Shown: positions 45,863 to 56,576, counted from the first letter of the stretch. The stretch: DNA of 64,000 nucleotides from an uncultured Acidobacteriota bacterium (GCA_963810305.1 CAWEMY010000011.1:72912-136911); one strand, 5' to 3'. Notes: generated by a model from the letters alone, not told the origin. Numbers and translations are program-made.

Positions 45863-47788
45863 GTGCCTTTGCTCACTCTCGACTCCGTTTCCCTGGCGCT
45901 CGGGCACCTGCCGCTGTTCGACCACGCATCGCTGCGCATCGACGCCGGTGAGCGGATCGCGTTGATCGGCCGGAACGGTTCGGGAAAATCGAGCCTGCTG
46001 AAGGCCATCGCCGGAGATCTGCCACTGGACGGAGGCAGCATCTGGCGCGCGCCCGCACTTCGCGTCGCGCGTCTGGACCAGGATGTCCCCCTCACCGGGA
46101 CGCGCACCGTTTTCGAGGAGGTGTCGATGGGACTCGGCGAGCTGGGCGCGCTTGCGGCCGCGTACCATCGGGCCGCAGCGGCGCTCAGCACGGCGAGTGT
46201 CGCCGACCATGACGCGGCGCTCGAGCGGCTGGGGGACCTGCAGCACCAGCTCGAGGAGCGTGATGGCTGGAGTCTCGAGCAGAAGGCGGAGCTGGTGATC
46301 TCGCGCCTGTCGCTGCCGGCGGACCGCCCGGTTGGAGAGCTGTCGGGCGGCTGGCGCAGACGCGCACTTCTCGGGAAGGCGCTGGTCTCGGAGCCGGATC
46401 TGCTCCTGCTCGACGAGCCAACCAATCATCTCGACATCGACGCCATCCTCTGGCTCGAGGAGTATCTGTCGGCCTTCCAGGGAGCGTTGCTTTTCGTCAC
46501 GCACGATCGCGCGTTCCTCTCGCGGCTTGCGACACGCATCGTGGAGCTCGATCGCGGGACGTTGTCGTCGTGGCCCGGAACCTATCCGTCGTACCTGGAA
46601 AAGAAAGCCGCGGCTCTCGAGAACGAGGCGAGAGATCTTGCCCGTCTGGATAAGAAGCTGGCGCAGGAAGAGGCGTGGATCCGACAAGGCGTCAAGGCCC
46701 GGCGGACGCGAAATGAGGGGCGCGTCAAGGACCTCCTGGCTCTGCGCGCAACCCGGGCGGCGCACCGGCAGCAGCCGGGCAGCGTGCGGATGTCGATCGA
46801 CTCAGCCGCGAGCTCCGGTCGGATCGTTTTCGAGGCGGAGAACGTCAGCAGAAGCTTTGGCGGCGAGCCGGTCATCAGCGGTTTCTCCCAGCGCATCATG
46901 CGTGGCGACCGGATCGGATTGATCGGACCCAATGGATCCGGGAAGACAACCTTGCTGCGGCTTCTGGTCGGAGAACTCGAACCGGACGCCGGTACGATTC
47001 GCCGAGGCACGCGGCTGCAGGTCGCCTACTACGACCAGCAACGCGAGCAACTCGATCCGGATGCGACCGTGGCCGACAGTGTGAACGAGGGCAACAACAC
47101 GGTCACGGTAAATGGGCAGCCGCGCCACATCATCGGCTACCTCGCCGACTTCCTCTTTCCACGGGAACGCGCACTGTCACCGGTGAAGTCGCTGTCGGGC
47201 GGAGAGCGCAATCGCCTGCTGCTCGCGCGGCTGTTCGCGAGACCCGCCAACGTCCTGATACTCGACGAGCCCACCAACGACCTCGACATCGAAACGCTTG
47301 AACTTCTGGAGGAATTGATCGGCGATTTCGAGGGCACCGTTCTGCTGGTCAGTCACGACCGCGTCTTTCTCGATCGCATTGTCACGAGCACGCTGGCGTT
47401 TGAAGGCAATGGACGCGTGACGGAGTATGTCGGGGGCTGGGAGGATTATCTGCGGCAGGCATCCTCAACTCCAAACTCGCAATTCCAAAGTCCCAAAGTC
47501 TCCGAGCCCCGAGCCCCGAGCCCCGAGTCCCGAGCCCCACGTCCCGAGCCCCGGCCCTCCGACAGACGCAAGCTCACGTTCAAGGAACAGCGGGAGCTGG
47601 ACGCGTTGCCCGAGCGGATCGCGACACTGGAGGGGGAGCTGACGGCTCTTCGCGCCGAGTCGGAATCCGCCGATTTTTACAAGGCCGGAGGAGATCGCAT
47701 ACGTGCGGTGCTGGCGCGGATCGAGCATGCCGGGCAGGAGCTGGAGTCGGCAATCGCCAGGTGGATGGAACTGGAAGAGCGGCGCTAG
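45863..47788 (+). CDS. uup: ABC-F family ATPase (Uup-like) with C-terminal coiled coil
   Basis: Two ABC cassettes (GRNGSGKSSLL, GPNGSGKTTLL; LSGGWRRR, LSGGERNRL). GTG start. Length and domain order as in Uup. Confidence 0.8.
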   Translation: MPLLTLDSVSLALGHLPLFDHASLRIDAGERIALIGRNGSGKSSLLKAIAGDLPLDGGSIWRAPALRVARLDQDVPLTGTRTVFEEVSMGLGELGALAAAYHRAAAALSTASVADHDAALERLGDLQHQLEERDGWSLEQKAELVISRLSLPADRPVGELSGGWRRRALLGKALVSEPDLLLLDEPTNHLDIDAILWLEEYLSAFQGALLFVTHDRAFLSRLATRIVELDRGTLSSWPGTYPSYLEKKAAALENEARDLARLDKKLAQEEAWIRQGVKARRTRNEGRVKDLLALRATRAAHRQQPGSVRMSIDSAASSGRIVFEAENVSRSFGGEPVISGFSQRIMRGDRIGLIGPNGSGKTTLLRLLVGELEPDAGTIRRGTRLQVAYYDQQREQLDPDATVADSVNEGNNTVTVNGQPRHIIGYLADFLFPRERALSPVKSLSGGERNRLLLARLFARPANVLILDEPTNDLDIETLELLEELIGDFEGTVLLVSHDRVFLDRIVTSTLAFEGNGRVTEYVGGWEDYLRQASSTPNSQFQSPKVSEPRAPSPESRAPRPEPRPSDRRKLTFKEQRELDALPERIATLEGELTALRAESESADFYKAGGDRIRAVLARIEHAGQELESAIARWMELEERR

Positions 47789-48258
47789 CGAGGTTTCCGC
47801 GTACCGGCGAGGAACTCCGACGGCGTCTCTACCCTGAGGCCATGCCTGAGGGCGGCGAGAAAGTGGCGGCGGTTGTCGGTCACGATGACACGCGCGCCGG
47901 CGGCGCGGGCGATTTCCGCGATATGGACGTCGTAGATCCGCCCGCCGGAAACCGCATCCTCAGCGATCAGCCGAAGCATCGATTTCCGGTCGGCGGCGGG
48001 AAGATCATGAACGGTCATCCGGCCGCTGACTTCTTCCTCCAGCAGACGGATCGCGTCGTCCGGCGGCAGCCTGAACTCGGGAGGCAGGCGCGTCGCAACT
48101 GAGAGGAACTCGAGACAGCAATGCCAGGCCGTGCCGGGGGACGGAACGTTCTTCTCGGCGACGGCGTGGAGCAGCGACTGGGCCGGCGCGCTCTGCGGTC
48201 CCAGATCGATCAGCCCGGCCAGCAGGACACTGGTGTCGAGAAAGACGCTCACGGCCAT
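47785..48258 (-). CDS. vapC: PIN-domain toxin (VapC family)
   Basis: VFLDTSVLLAG.. N-terminal acidic motif and ..VIVTDNRRHF. Overlaps the antitoxin gene by 10 nt. Confidence 0.8.
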   Translation of the reverse strand: MAVSVFLDTSVLLAGLIDLGPQSAPAQSLLHAVAEKNVPSPGTAWHCCLEFLSVATRLPPEFRLPPDDAIRLLEEEVSGRMTVHDLPAADRKSMLRLIAEDAVSGGRIYDVHIAEIARAAGARVIVTDNRRHFLAALRHGLRVETPSEFLAGTRKPR

Positions 48259-48503
48259 CGGTTACGCTCGTCTTCGATCAGCGACGCGATGTCGAGCACC
48301 GGACGCGAGTCGGCGGGAGCGGTCGGCCGCGCGACCAGGCGGCGGCCTACTTTCACCAGCTTCGGCCCGGGGGCCACCCGCTCGATCCTGATCCCGGTCT
48401 CGTCCACCGTGATTTCCAGCTCGGTGCCGGCAGTCAGTCCGGCGCGATCGCGAACGACCGCTGGAATCACCACGCGTCCTGCCTTGTCAATGGTAGTTCG
48501 CAT
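48249..48503 (-). CDS. vapB: AbrB/SpoVT-fold antitoxin (VapB family)
   Basis: ATG 48503: MRTTIDKAGRVVIPAVVRDRAGL.. is a swapped-hairpin AbrB-type DNA-binding motif. Confidence 0.75.
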   Translation of the reverse strand: MRTTIDKAGRVVIPAVVRDRAGLTAGTELEITVDETGIRIERVAPGPKLVKVGRRLVARPTAPADSRPVLDIASLIEDERNRWP

Positions 48504-48575
48504 GGCAATAGAATACCATGTGTCAAACCATAGATTCTCGGCGATGGAATCCACTGGCGATTCTTGACCGACATG

Positions 48576-50228
48576 TCAGCGCGGGGCTGCTCCCGGTGGA
48601 CCCACCGAATCCGGCGCCAATCTGAAGAACGTCACGCGGCTTCCGGCATCCGTATCCTGTGCCCAGACCATGATTCTAGGATCGAGCGCCAGGCGTTCGA
48701 TCGCGTATTCATACGACGGTTGGCTCCCTTTAACTTCGTGGACGACGAGCACTGTCGCCCCTGCACGCTGCAGATGCCGCAGTGATCCGTCGTCTGGGAA
48801 TGGCCGGACATTGAGCAAGAGCTCGAGATACGACGAAGGATAGTGGCCGCTATAGCCGTTGAGCAGCGGGCGCCAGTGTAACGTCGAGCGATACATGTAC
48901 TGGACATCCACCATCTGCTCGAGCCGCCACGGAACCGTCACCGGCCATTCGAAAATCACCGCGTCTGGCTCCGAGCGAAGCGTTCGGTACCACGCCGAGA
49001 TCCCCTGATCCACGTTCCGCAGGGCTGGTCGGGAGAGATATTCGAGGCAGGCGAGAGCGACGACCGCGAAAGCAATGAGATTCGCTCGTGAGCGCTGTTT
49101 CATCGGTGCGGTTACACGACCGAGCGCAAGGCCGGCGAGAACCGAGGTACTCAGCAGGACCAGGACTGTCGCTCGCGCAGGCACGCGCAATCCTCGGTAC
49201 GGCAGGACCCATTCATGAAGCAGCGGGTAGATCACGCCGTTGAATCCGAGTGCGAGTTGAAGCGCGACGGCGAGACCCGCGATGTGCAGCAGGCGCAGAC
49301 GGTCCCACGGCGGCCAGAGAGCAATCACCACCAAAGCCGTGGCCACCACTCCCGGGAACAGATACCGCTCCGGCACACTGAGCCTGTTGGTCCAGCCGTA
49401 GAGGGTATTGGCCGGCGGGGCGCTTCGAAAATCGCTGATCTTCGCGCTCCAGGCCTTGATGTCCCCCAGATTCCGGTCGCCAAGATGGTCGCGGTTGCGA
49501 AGGTAGGGCATCGAATAGAGCGCGAGCACCAGTAGTGGCGGCAGCAGCATCCATCCGCACGCCTTCAACGTCTTGAGAGGCGTTTTGACGAACCACACGA
49601 CCGTGATCAGCGGCAACCACGTCAGGAGAAAGATCCCGTAGTAAATACAGCTCAGAACCTGACACGCCGCCAACGCCGCGACGAAGAGGTATCCCCTGAC
49701 TGCCTCGGACATGACTGCGTGATGCCATGCGAGTACCGCAAGCGGCAACCAGAACGAGAACTGCATCTCGAGATGATCGAAGTGATCGAAACGAAAAGGG
49801 GCGAAGCCATAGATGACGCCAGCCAGAATGCCGGCCGGGACAGACCCGCTCAGTCGGTGCACCAGCGCGTACGAAGCCAATGCGTTGAGCACGAACGCGG
49901 CGAGCAGCGCCAGGTTGTAAATGGCCACCGGTGGGATGCCGAGCCAGTGAAAAGGGGCCAGTGCCACGGCGGGCAGCAGGACGGCGTCCGAATACGCGAG
50001 CGTTTGACCTCGCGGGTAGAAGATATTCGCGTCGAAGAGGTGACGGGGGTCCGTACGCAGCTGGTGCCCCACCCACGCGAGCCGCCAGACCGAGAACAGC
50101 GCGTCGCCGTGGTGTCCGATTCGCGACGCCGGGTTGAGCGCCAGAGGATAGGAGTTGGCGACCGCGAGGCCGGCGAAGAACGCCGCGATCAGCGCTGTTC
50201 GAATCCACGCCTGCGAGCGCGACGCCAT
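48576..50228 (-). CDS. Polytopic membrane protein (GT-C/ArnT-like fold suspected)
   Basis: ATG 50228 within ORF 48576..50495 (MASRSQAWIRTALIAAFFAGL..). Many TM helices followed by a soluble C-terminal domain. Family assignment tentative. Confidence 0.5.
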   Translation of the reverse strand: MASRSQAWIRTALIAAFFAGLAVANSYPLALNPASRIGHHGDALFSVWRLAWVGHQLRTDPRHLFDANIFYPRGQTLAYSDAVLLPAVALAPFHWLGIPPVAIYNLALLAAFVLNALASYALVHRLSGSVPAGILAGVIYGFAPFRFDHFDHLEMQFSFWLPLAVLAWHHAVMSEAVRGYLFVAALAACQVLSCIYYGIFLLTWLPLITVVWFVKTPLKTLKACGWMLLPPLLVLALYSMPYLRNRDHLGDRNLGDIKAWSAKISDFRSAPPANTLYGWTNRLSVPERYLFPGVVATALVVIALWPPWDRLRLLHIAGLAVALQLALGFNGVIYPLLHEWVLPYRGLRVPARATVLVLLSTSVLAGLALGRVTAPMKQRSRANLIAFAVVALACLEYLSRPALRNVDQGISAWYRTLRSEPDAVIFEWPVTVPWRLEQMVDVQYMYRSTLHWRPLLNGYSGHYPSSYLELLLNVRPFPDDGSLRHLQRAGATVLVVHEVKGSQPSYEYAIERLALDPRIMVWAQDTDAGSRVTFFRLAPDSVGPPGAAPR

Positions 50229-50241
50229 TGAACGGAGTGCG

Positions 50242-50793
50242 TTACTCGAACGACCTCGTGAACAGCTCCTCGACTGCGTTCTTGCCGTTGTCGTTGATCG
50301 ACCGTGTGCCCGTGCCGGTGAAATGCGGGTGGGTGACCCGTGGTGTATCCGCGAGCTTGTTCCAGTCGCTGCCGGTCCATTCGAACCAGTCGTTCTTCTC
50401 CTGATCGAAGACGAACAGCGGCTTGTTGCACAGTTTGGCGAACTCGGCGCCCCAACCGGTACCGCCACGCACCGTCCCGTCCTCGAGGATCGCACCGACG
50501 ACGTAGATTTCCTGGCCGTGGTTGACCTGGTACCACAGGGTCTGAAGGATCTTTCGCAGGGTCGGGCTGTCGGTGTAGCGGCGATGCATCAACCGCGAGA
50601 CGTACTCGAGACTGACGTCGCCCGCCTGCAGTTCTTCGTGATTGAGTACTCGGATCCCGCGACGCCTCGCCTCGTTGTGCCCCTCGAAAGTAAAGTTCAC
50701 TTCCTCGATCCCGTGACGTTCGGCGCAGGCGCCGAACTCCGCCTCGGCGCCAGGCGCCGCGCCGCTAAAAAGAATGAAGTCCTCTCGATTCAT
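50242..50793 (-). CDS. Hypothetical protein (possible Rossmann/SLOG-like fold)
   Basis: ILFSGAAPGAEAEFG.. glycine-rich N-terminal motif. Start overlaps the stop of the LigD-phosphoesterase gene (ATGA). Confidence 0.4.
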   Translation of the reverse strand: MNREDFILFSGAAPGAEAEFGACAERHGIEEVNFTFEGHNEARRRGIRVLNHEELQAGDVSLEYVSRLMHRRYTDSPTLRKILQTLWYQVNHGQEIYVVGAILEDGTVRGGTGWGAEFAKLCNKPLFVFDQEKNDWFEWTGSDWNKLADTPRVTHPHFTGTGTRSINDNGKNAVEELFTRSFE

Positions 50794-51578
50794 CGTTTCG
50801 CGCTCGTTTTCCTTTTAGTCGATGTGGCCTTGGTCTTTGGTGTCTTGGTAGGCTTTGTGGCTTTTGTCCGTGAAGCCGCAGGCGGTTTCTCCGACGATCC
50901 ACCGGCTTTGAGCGCAGCCGCTCGCTCGATGATTTTCGCCAGCATGGCGCCCGCTTCACCGCCTTTGGCGGGGCGATGCGATTCCCACACGTCGGGTTTG
51001 TCGGCTGCGAGGATGTCTTCGAAGTCTCCTTCGCTCTTCACGCTCTTCGGCGCGAACTCGGTGATGTCGAGCTCGCCGGCCCATTCGTCTTTGTGCTTGA
51101 TCAGCAGCCAGCTTCGTCCGCCACCTCCGGCCCAGCTGCCGCCAGTGCGCACGAGCACCCAGGAGCCTTTGAGCTTGTAGCCGTCCAGCGTGAACTTCAG
51201 GTCGCCCTTCCGCAGGGAGGCGCCCACATCCTCGGCTTCGGGCGACCAGGTCCCCTGATCCCACAGCATGACGATCCCGGCGCCGTAGCCCGATGGGATC
51301 ACTCCCTCGAACGTGCCGTACTCGATCGGGTGATCCTCGACGTGCATCGCCAGCCGCTTCGTTTTGGGATCGAGCGACGGACCCTTCGGCACCGCCCACG
51401 AGAGCAGCACGCCGTCGTGCTCCAGCCGGAAGTCGTAGTGCAGGTGGCTGGCGAGATGTTTCTGGACGCAGAAGAACCGTGGCTTGCCCTTGCGCTGCGC
51501 GCGGTCTTTTTGTGCGTCGCCGACCGGTTCCGGGGATTTCGTGAAATCGCGCTTGCGCCGATAGTCCTCCAGAGCCAT
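50790..51578 (-). CDS. Stand-alone DNA ligase D 3'-phosphoesterase-domain protein with Lys/Thr-rich tail
   Basis: YRRKRDF..SPEP.., FCVQKHLASHLHYDFRLE..GVLLSWAVPKGPS..H..DHP.EY is the LigD PE domain. The tail reads ..KATKPTKTPKTKATSTKRKTSAKR. Confidence 0.8.
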   Translation of the reverse strand: MALEDYRRKRDFTKSPEPVGDAQKDRAQRKGKPRFFCVQKHLASHLHYDFRLEHDGVLLSWAVPKGPSLDPKTKRLAMHVEDHPIEYGTFEGVIPSGYGAGIVMLWDQGTWSPEAEDVGASLRKGDLKFTLDGYKLKGSWVLVRTGGSWAGGGGRSWLLIKHKDEWAGELDITEFAPKSVKSEGDFEDILAADKPDVWESHRPAKGGEAGAMLAKIIERAAALKAGGSSEKPPAASRTKATKPTKTPKTKATSTKRKTSAKR

Positions 51579-51620
51579 GCGCTAAAGATACCGGGAGTTC
51601 GCTCGCCTCGACGACAATTC

Positions 51621-53159
<1,539 letters not shown>

Positions 53160-53222
53160 GGAGGGAAGAATACCCGAAGTGCGCAGGGCGCAGGGCGCGG
53201 TGCGCGGTGCCGGCGTGTCAGA

Positions 53223-54652
53223 ATGGAGGGGTTGTCCGTTCTTCTGATTTCCACCTATGACATGGGGCGCCAGCCGTTCGGGTTGGCGTCGCCGGCGGCG
53301 TGGCTCCGCGAGGCCGGGGTGGAGGTTGTCTGCGTCGACCTGACCAGGGAGCGGCTGCCGCAGGACGCGGTAAAGGCGGCGACGATGGTCGCCTTTTTCC
53401 TGCCGATGCATACGGCGACGAGGCTGGCGTTGCCCGTGATCGACCGCGTCCGCCGGAGCAATCCGGCGGCAAGAGTCGTCGCCTACGGCCTCTACGCGCC
53501 GCTCAACGATGCCCTGTTGCGGGAACGAGGCGTGGACGTCGTCCTCGGCGGTGAATTCGAAGAGGACCTCGTGCGGGTGGCGGTCGAGGGCGACGAGGGT
53601 GCGAGGGTGCGGAGTGCGACGGGTGCGGGGAGTGCGAGGAGTGCGGACGGTGCGAGGGTGCGACGGGTGCGATAGCGCGGCTGAAGTTTCGAGTGCCGGT
53701 TCGGGACGGTCTTCCGCCCCTGTCGAAATACGCGACGCTGCAGCTCCACGACGAGCGGCGGACGGTCGGGTATACGGAGGCGAGCCGCGGGTGCAAGCAC
53801 CGGTGCCGGCATTGCCCGATCGTGCCGGTCTACGACGGCCGCTTCCGGATCGTTCAACCGGAGATCGTGATCGCCGATGCGCGTGCGCAGGTGGCCGCGG
53901 GGGCGCGGCACATTACGTTCGGCGATCCGGATTTCTTCAACGGCATCCGCCACGCGCGGGAAGTCGTCGAGCGCCTCGCGCGCGAGTGCCCGGGTGTCAC
54001 CTATGACGTGACCATCAAGGTCGAGCACCTGTTGAAGCACGCGGACGCGCTGCCGCTGCTCCGCGCGACCGGCTGCGCCTTCGTCACCAGCGCCGTCGAA
54101 TCACTGGATGACGCCGTGCTCGCCCGGCTCGAGAAGGGGCACACGCGGCGCGACTTCGAGCACGTCGTCTCGCTGTGCCGCGAGGTTGGGCTGCCGCTGT
54201 CGCCGACCTTCGTCGCGTTTACGCCATGGACGACGATCGAGAGCTACCTCGAGTTGCTGCAGGAGATCGAGCGGCTCGATCTCGTCGAACACGTGGCCCC
54301 GATTCAATACGCCATCCGGCTGCTCATCCCGCAGGGGTCGCGGATGCTGGAGTTGCCGGAGGTCGCCGGCCTCGCCGGCGCGTTCGATCCGCTCTCGCTG
54401 ACACACCCCTGGCGGCATCCCGATCCCGAGGTGGACCGCCTGCAGGAGCTCGCGGCACGTCTGGTGGGCGTTCGCATGAACGCACCCCGGAGCGAAACGT
54501 TCGACCGCGTCTGGAGCGCCGCGCATACCTTCGCGTCCATCGCCGCTCCGGTCCGCACCAAGCCGGCCATCGCGCGCGCCACCGTCCCCTACCTCAATGA
54601 GCCCTGGTACTGTTGAGCGGAACCCAATGCAGAGCAGGTTGCTCTCTTGTGA
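53223..54652 (+). CDS. CUAEP-tail radical SAM selenoprotein (B12-binding-like N-domain plus radical SAM core), Sec at TGA 54614-54616, frame break in interdomain repeat
   Basis: The N-domain (MEGLSVLLISTYDMGRQPFGLASPAAWL..) starts at ATG 53223. The core ORF 53693..54616 has EASRGCKHRCRHCP (CxxxCxxC). After ..NEPWYC comes TGA GCG GAA CCC = U-A-E-P, with a true stop at TGA 54650-54652. The two halves are in different frames across the repeat at 53586-53672. Confidence 0.75.
54626..54649 (+). promoter_or_regulatory. SECIS-like hairpin of the radical SAM selenoprotein gene
   Basis: AGAGC (54631-54635), loop AGGUU (54636-54640), GCUCU (54641-54645). Extendable with bulges by G54629-C54646 and AA(54626-54627)-UU(54647-54648), and C54625-G54649 just 5' of the listed start. 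The loop begins 20 nt after the UGA. Confidence 0.6.
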
Positions 54653-54664
54653 TTCTTCGATCGT

Positions 54665-54747
54665 CAACGCCTAACGCCTAACTCCTAACTTCTAAGGCCG
54701 CGCAGATTGACTCGCGCAGTTAGCAGTTAGAAGTTAGAAGTTAGGAA
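54665..54747 (+). repeat. Long imperfect hairpin built from heptamer arrays (CTAACNC-type x5 / TTAGNAG x4)
   Basis: About 26 positions of each arm align with 4 mismatches. The loop contains CGCGCAG-ATTGACT-CGCGCAG. Sits between the radical SAM stop and ATP-grasp GTG 54757. Confidence 0.85.
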
Positions 54748-54756
54748 GTTGTCTGC

Positions 54757-56022
54757 GTGAGAATCCTCCTGCTGTCGACGACGACCGGCTATCAACTCCG
54801 ATCTTTCGGGGAATCGGCGGCGCGTCTCGGCATCCAGTTGATGCTGGCGACCGACCGTTGTCACCTTCTGGCTGATCCCTGGCGCGATGGTGCGGTCGCG
54901 GTCCGGTTTCATGAGGAGGAAGAGTCGCTCGGGGCCATCCTCGAGGCTGCTCGGGAGCGGCCACTGTCTGGGGTGCTGGCCGTTGGTGACCGGCCGGCGG
55001 TGCTCGCCGCGCGCGTCGCCGAGGCATTGTCACTGCCAGGAAATCCCCGGGAGGCGGCAGACGCCAGCCGGAACAAGAAATTGATGCGTCAGCGATTCGC
55101 GGCCGGCGGCCTCGCCGGCCCCTGGGTGATGACGCTCTCCGCAAACACCGACGTCACCAGCCTCGCTTCGTCGCTCGCATATCCCGCGGTCGTCAAGCCT
55201 CTCGGTCTCTCGGGCAGCCGTGGCGTCATTCGCGCCGACACACCGCAGCAGCTGGCGGCCGCCGTTGACCGGGTTCGCGCGCTGCTCACCCGTCCCGCCG
55301 TCCGCGCGCTGCGAACGGGGCTCGAGAACGAGTTGCTGATCGAGGGCTACATCGAGGGGCGTGAATACGCAATCGAGGGTGTGATGACCGACGGGGCGCT
55401 CCGGATCCTGGCCATCTTCGACAAGCCCGATCCTCTGGAAGGACCGTTCTTCGAGGAGACCATCTATGTCACGCCATCGACGGCGTCACCTGAGGTCCAG
55501 TCGTCGATCGCGTCCGAGCTTCACCGTGCCGTCGCCGCACTCGGCCTCGTGCACGGCCCCGTCCATGCGGAGTGTCGCGTCGGCGCCAGCGGCGTTGTGA
55601 TGCTTGAAGTCGCGGCGCGCCCAATCGGTGGCCTGTGTTCGAAGGTGCTGCGTTTCGAGGACGGCAAGACCCAAGTGCCCCTCGAGGAGCTGCTGCTGAT
55701 GCACGCGTCAGGCGCTGACATTTCGACGTGGGTTCGCGAGCGCCAGGCGGCAGCGGTGATGATGATTCCGATCCCGACGCGGAGTGTCTTCAAAGGGGTC
55801 GCCGGGAACGACGAGGCCCTGGCGGTTGCGGGGGTCGAGGAGGTTCGGATCACTGCGAAGCTGGACCAGCTGCTGGAGCCGCTTCCGGAGGGAGACAGCT
55901 ACCTTGGCTTCATCTTCGCGCGCGCGGAGAACGCGGCGGAAGCGGTCTCGGCACTCCGAGCGGCGCACGCGCGGCTGACGTTTCGGATCGAGCGTGAAGT
56001 GAGACTTGCGACGTCGGGCTGA
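54757..56022 (+). CDS. ATP-grasp domain enzyme
   Basis: GTG start. ..NKKLMRQRFAAGGL.., YPAVVKPLGLSGSRGVIRAD.., ..LIEGYIEGREYAIEG.. is typical of the ATP-grasp fold. Confidence 0.75.
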   Translation: MRILLLSTTTGYQLRSFGESAARLGIQLMLATDRCHLLADPWRDGAVAVRFHEEEESLGAILEAARERPLSGVLAVGDRPAVLAARVAEALSLPGNPREAADASRNKKLMRQRFAAGGLAGPWVMTLSANTDVTSLASSLAYPAVVKPLGLSGSRGVIRADTPQQLAAAVDRVRALLTRPAVRALRTGLENELLIEGYIEGREYAIEGVMTDGALRILAIFDKPDPLEGPFFEETIYVTPSTASPEVQSSIASELHRAVAALGLVHGPVHAECRVGASGVVMLEVAARPIGGLCSKVLRFEDGKTQVPLEELLLMHASGADISTWVRERQAAAVMMIPIPTRSVFKGVAGNDEALAVAGVEEVRITAKLDQLLEPLPEGDSYLGFIFARAENAAEAVSALRAAHARLTFRIEREVRLATSG

Positions 56023-56046
56023 CCCGACTGACGACTCCCGACCGTC

Positions 56047-56373
56047 TTATTTGCTCTGCTGCGGCACGTAGCCGGGGGGAAGCGGCGCTTCCTCACCGAA
56101 GAAGAAATCCTCCATCTGCTTGCGAACGAGCTCCTGCGCCTCCTTCTGCCAGGGCATCAGGCGGTACTCGTTGAGGATCATCTTCATCCGTTCTTCCCAC
56201 ATCTTCCACGCTTCGGCGGAGACGTTTTCGAACACGCGCTGACCGAGCTCGCCGGGCCACGGCGGGGCGTCGAGGCCGGGCATTTCCTTCTGGAACTTCT
56301 GACAAAAAACGGTGCGCCCGGGGGCGTTGCTCGCCGGAGTATTCGGTTGGGTGGGGCCGCCGCAGGTTGCCAT
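56047..56373 (-). CDS. yggX: Fe(2+)-trafficking / oxidative-damage protection protein YggX
   Basis: ATG 56373. RTVFCQKFQKEMPGLDAPPWPGELGQRVFENVSAEAWKMW...ILNEYRL aligns with YggX. Confidence 0.8.
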   Translation of the reverse strand: MATCGGPTQPNTPASNAPGRTVFCQKFQKEMPGLDAPPWPGELGQRVFENVSAEAWKMWEERMKMILNEYRLMPWQKEAQELVRKQMEDFFFGEEAPLPPGYVPQQSK

Positions 56374-56576
56374 GACCAGCCATCTTACCAGACCGGTCTC
56401 CGCTTCACGCGGTGTAGGGTTTTGCTCCAGGGTATGAAGAACGATGGACGCTTTGGCCGCTATCTTGACGAAATTCAGCACTTTAACGGCTAACTCAGCC
56501 TTGAAATGGCAAGTTCACCGTGGCATACCGTTTGATAACAGGCCCATCGGTAGGAAGCCGTTTGGGAGGCGCATTA

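Noticed and set aside
53575-53675. Reading GDEGARVRSATGAGSARSADGARVRRVR as a genuine C-terminal peptide of a separate small B12-binding-domain protein
   Set aside because: The peptide is just the translation of the GTGCG repeat array. The downstream frame is open through the array, and homologous radical SAM proteins are expected to have both domains in a single chain.
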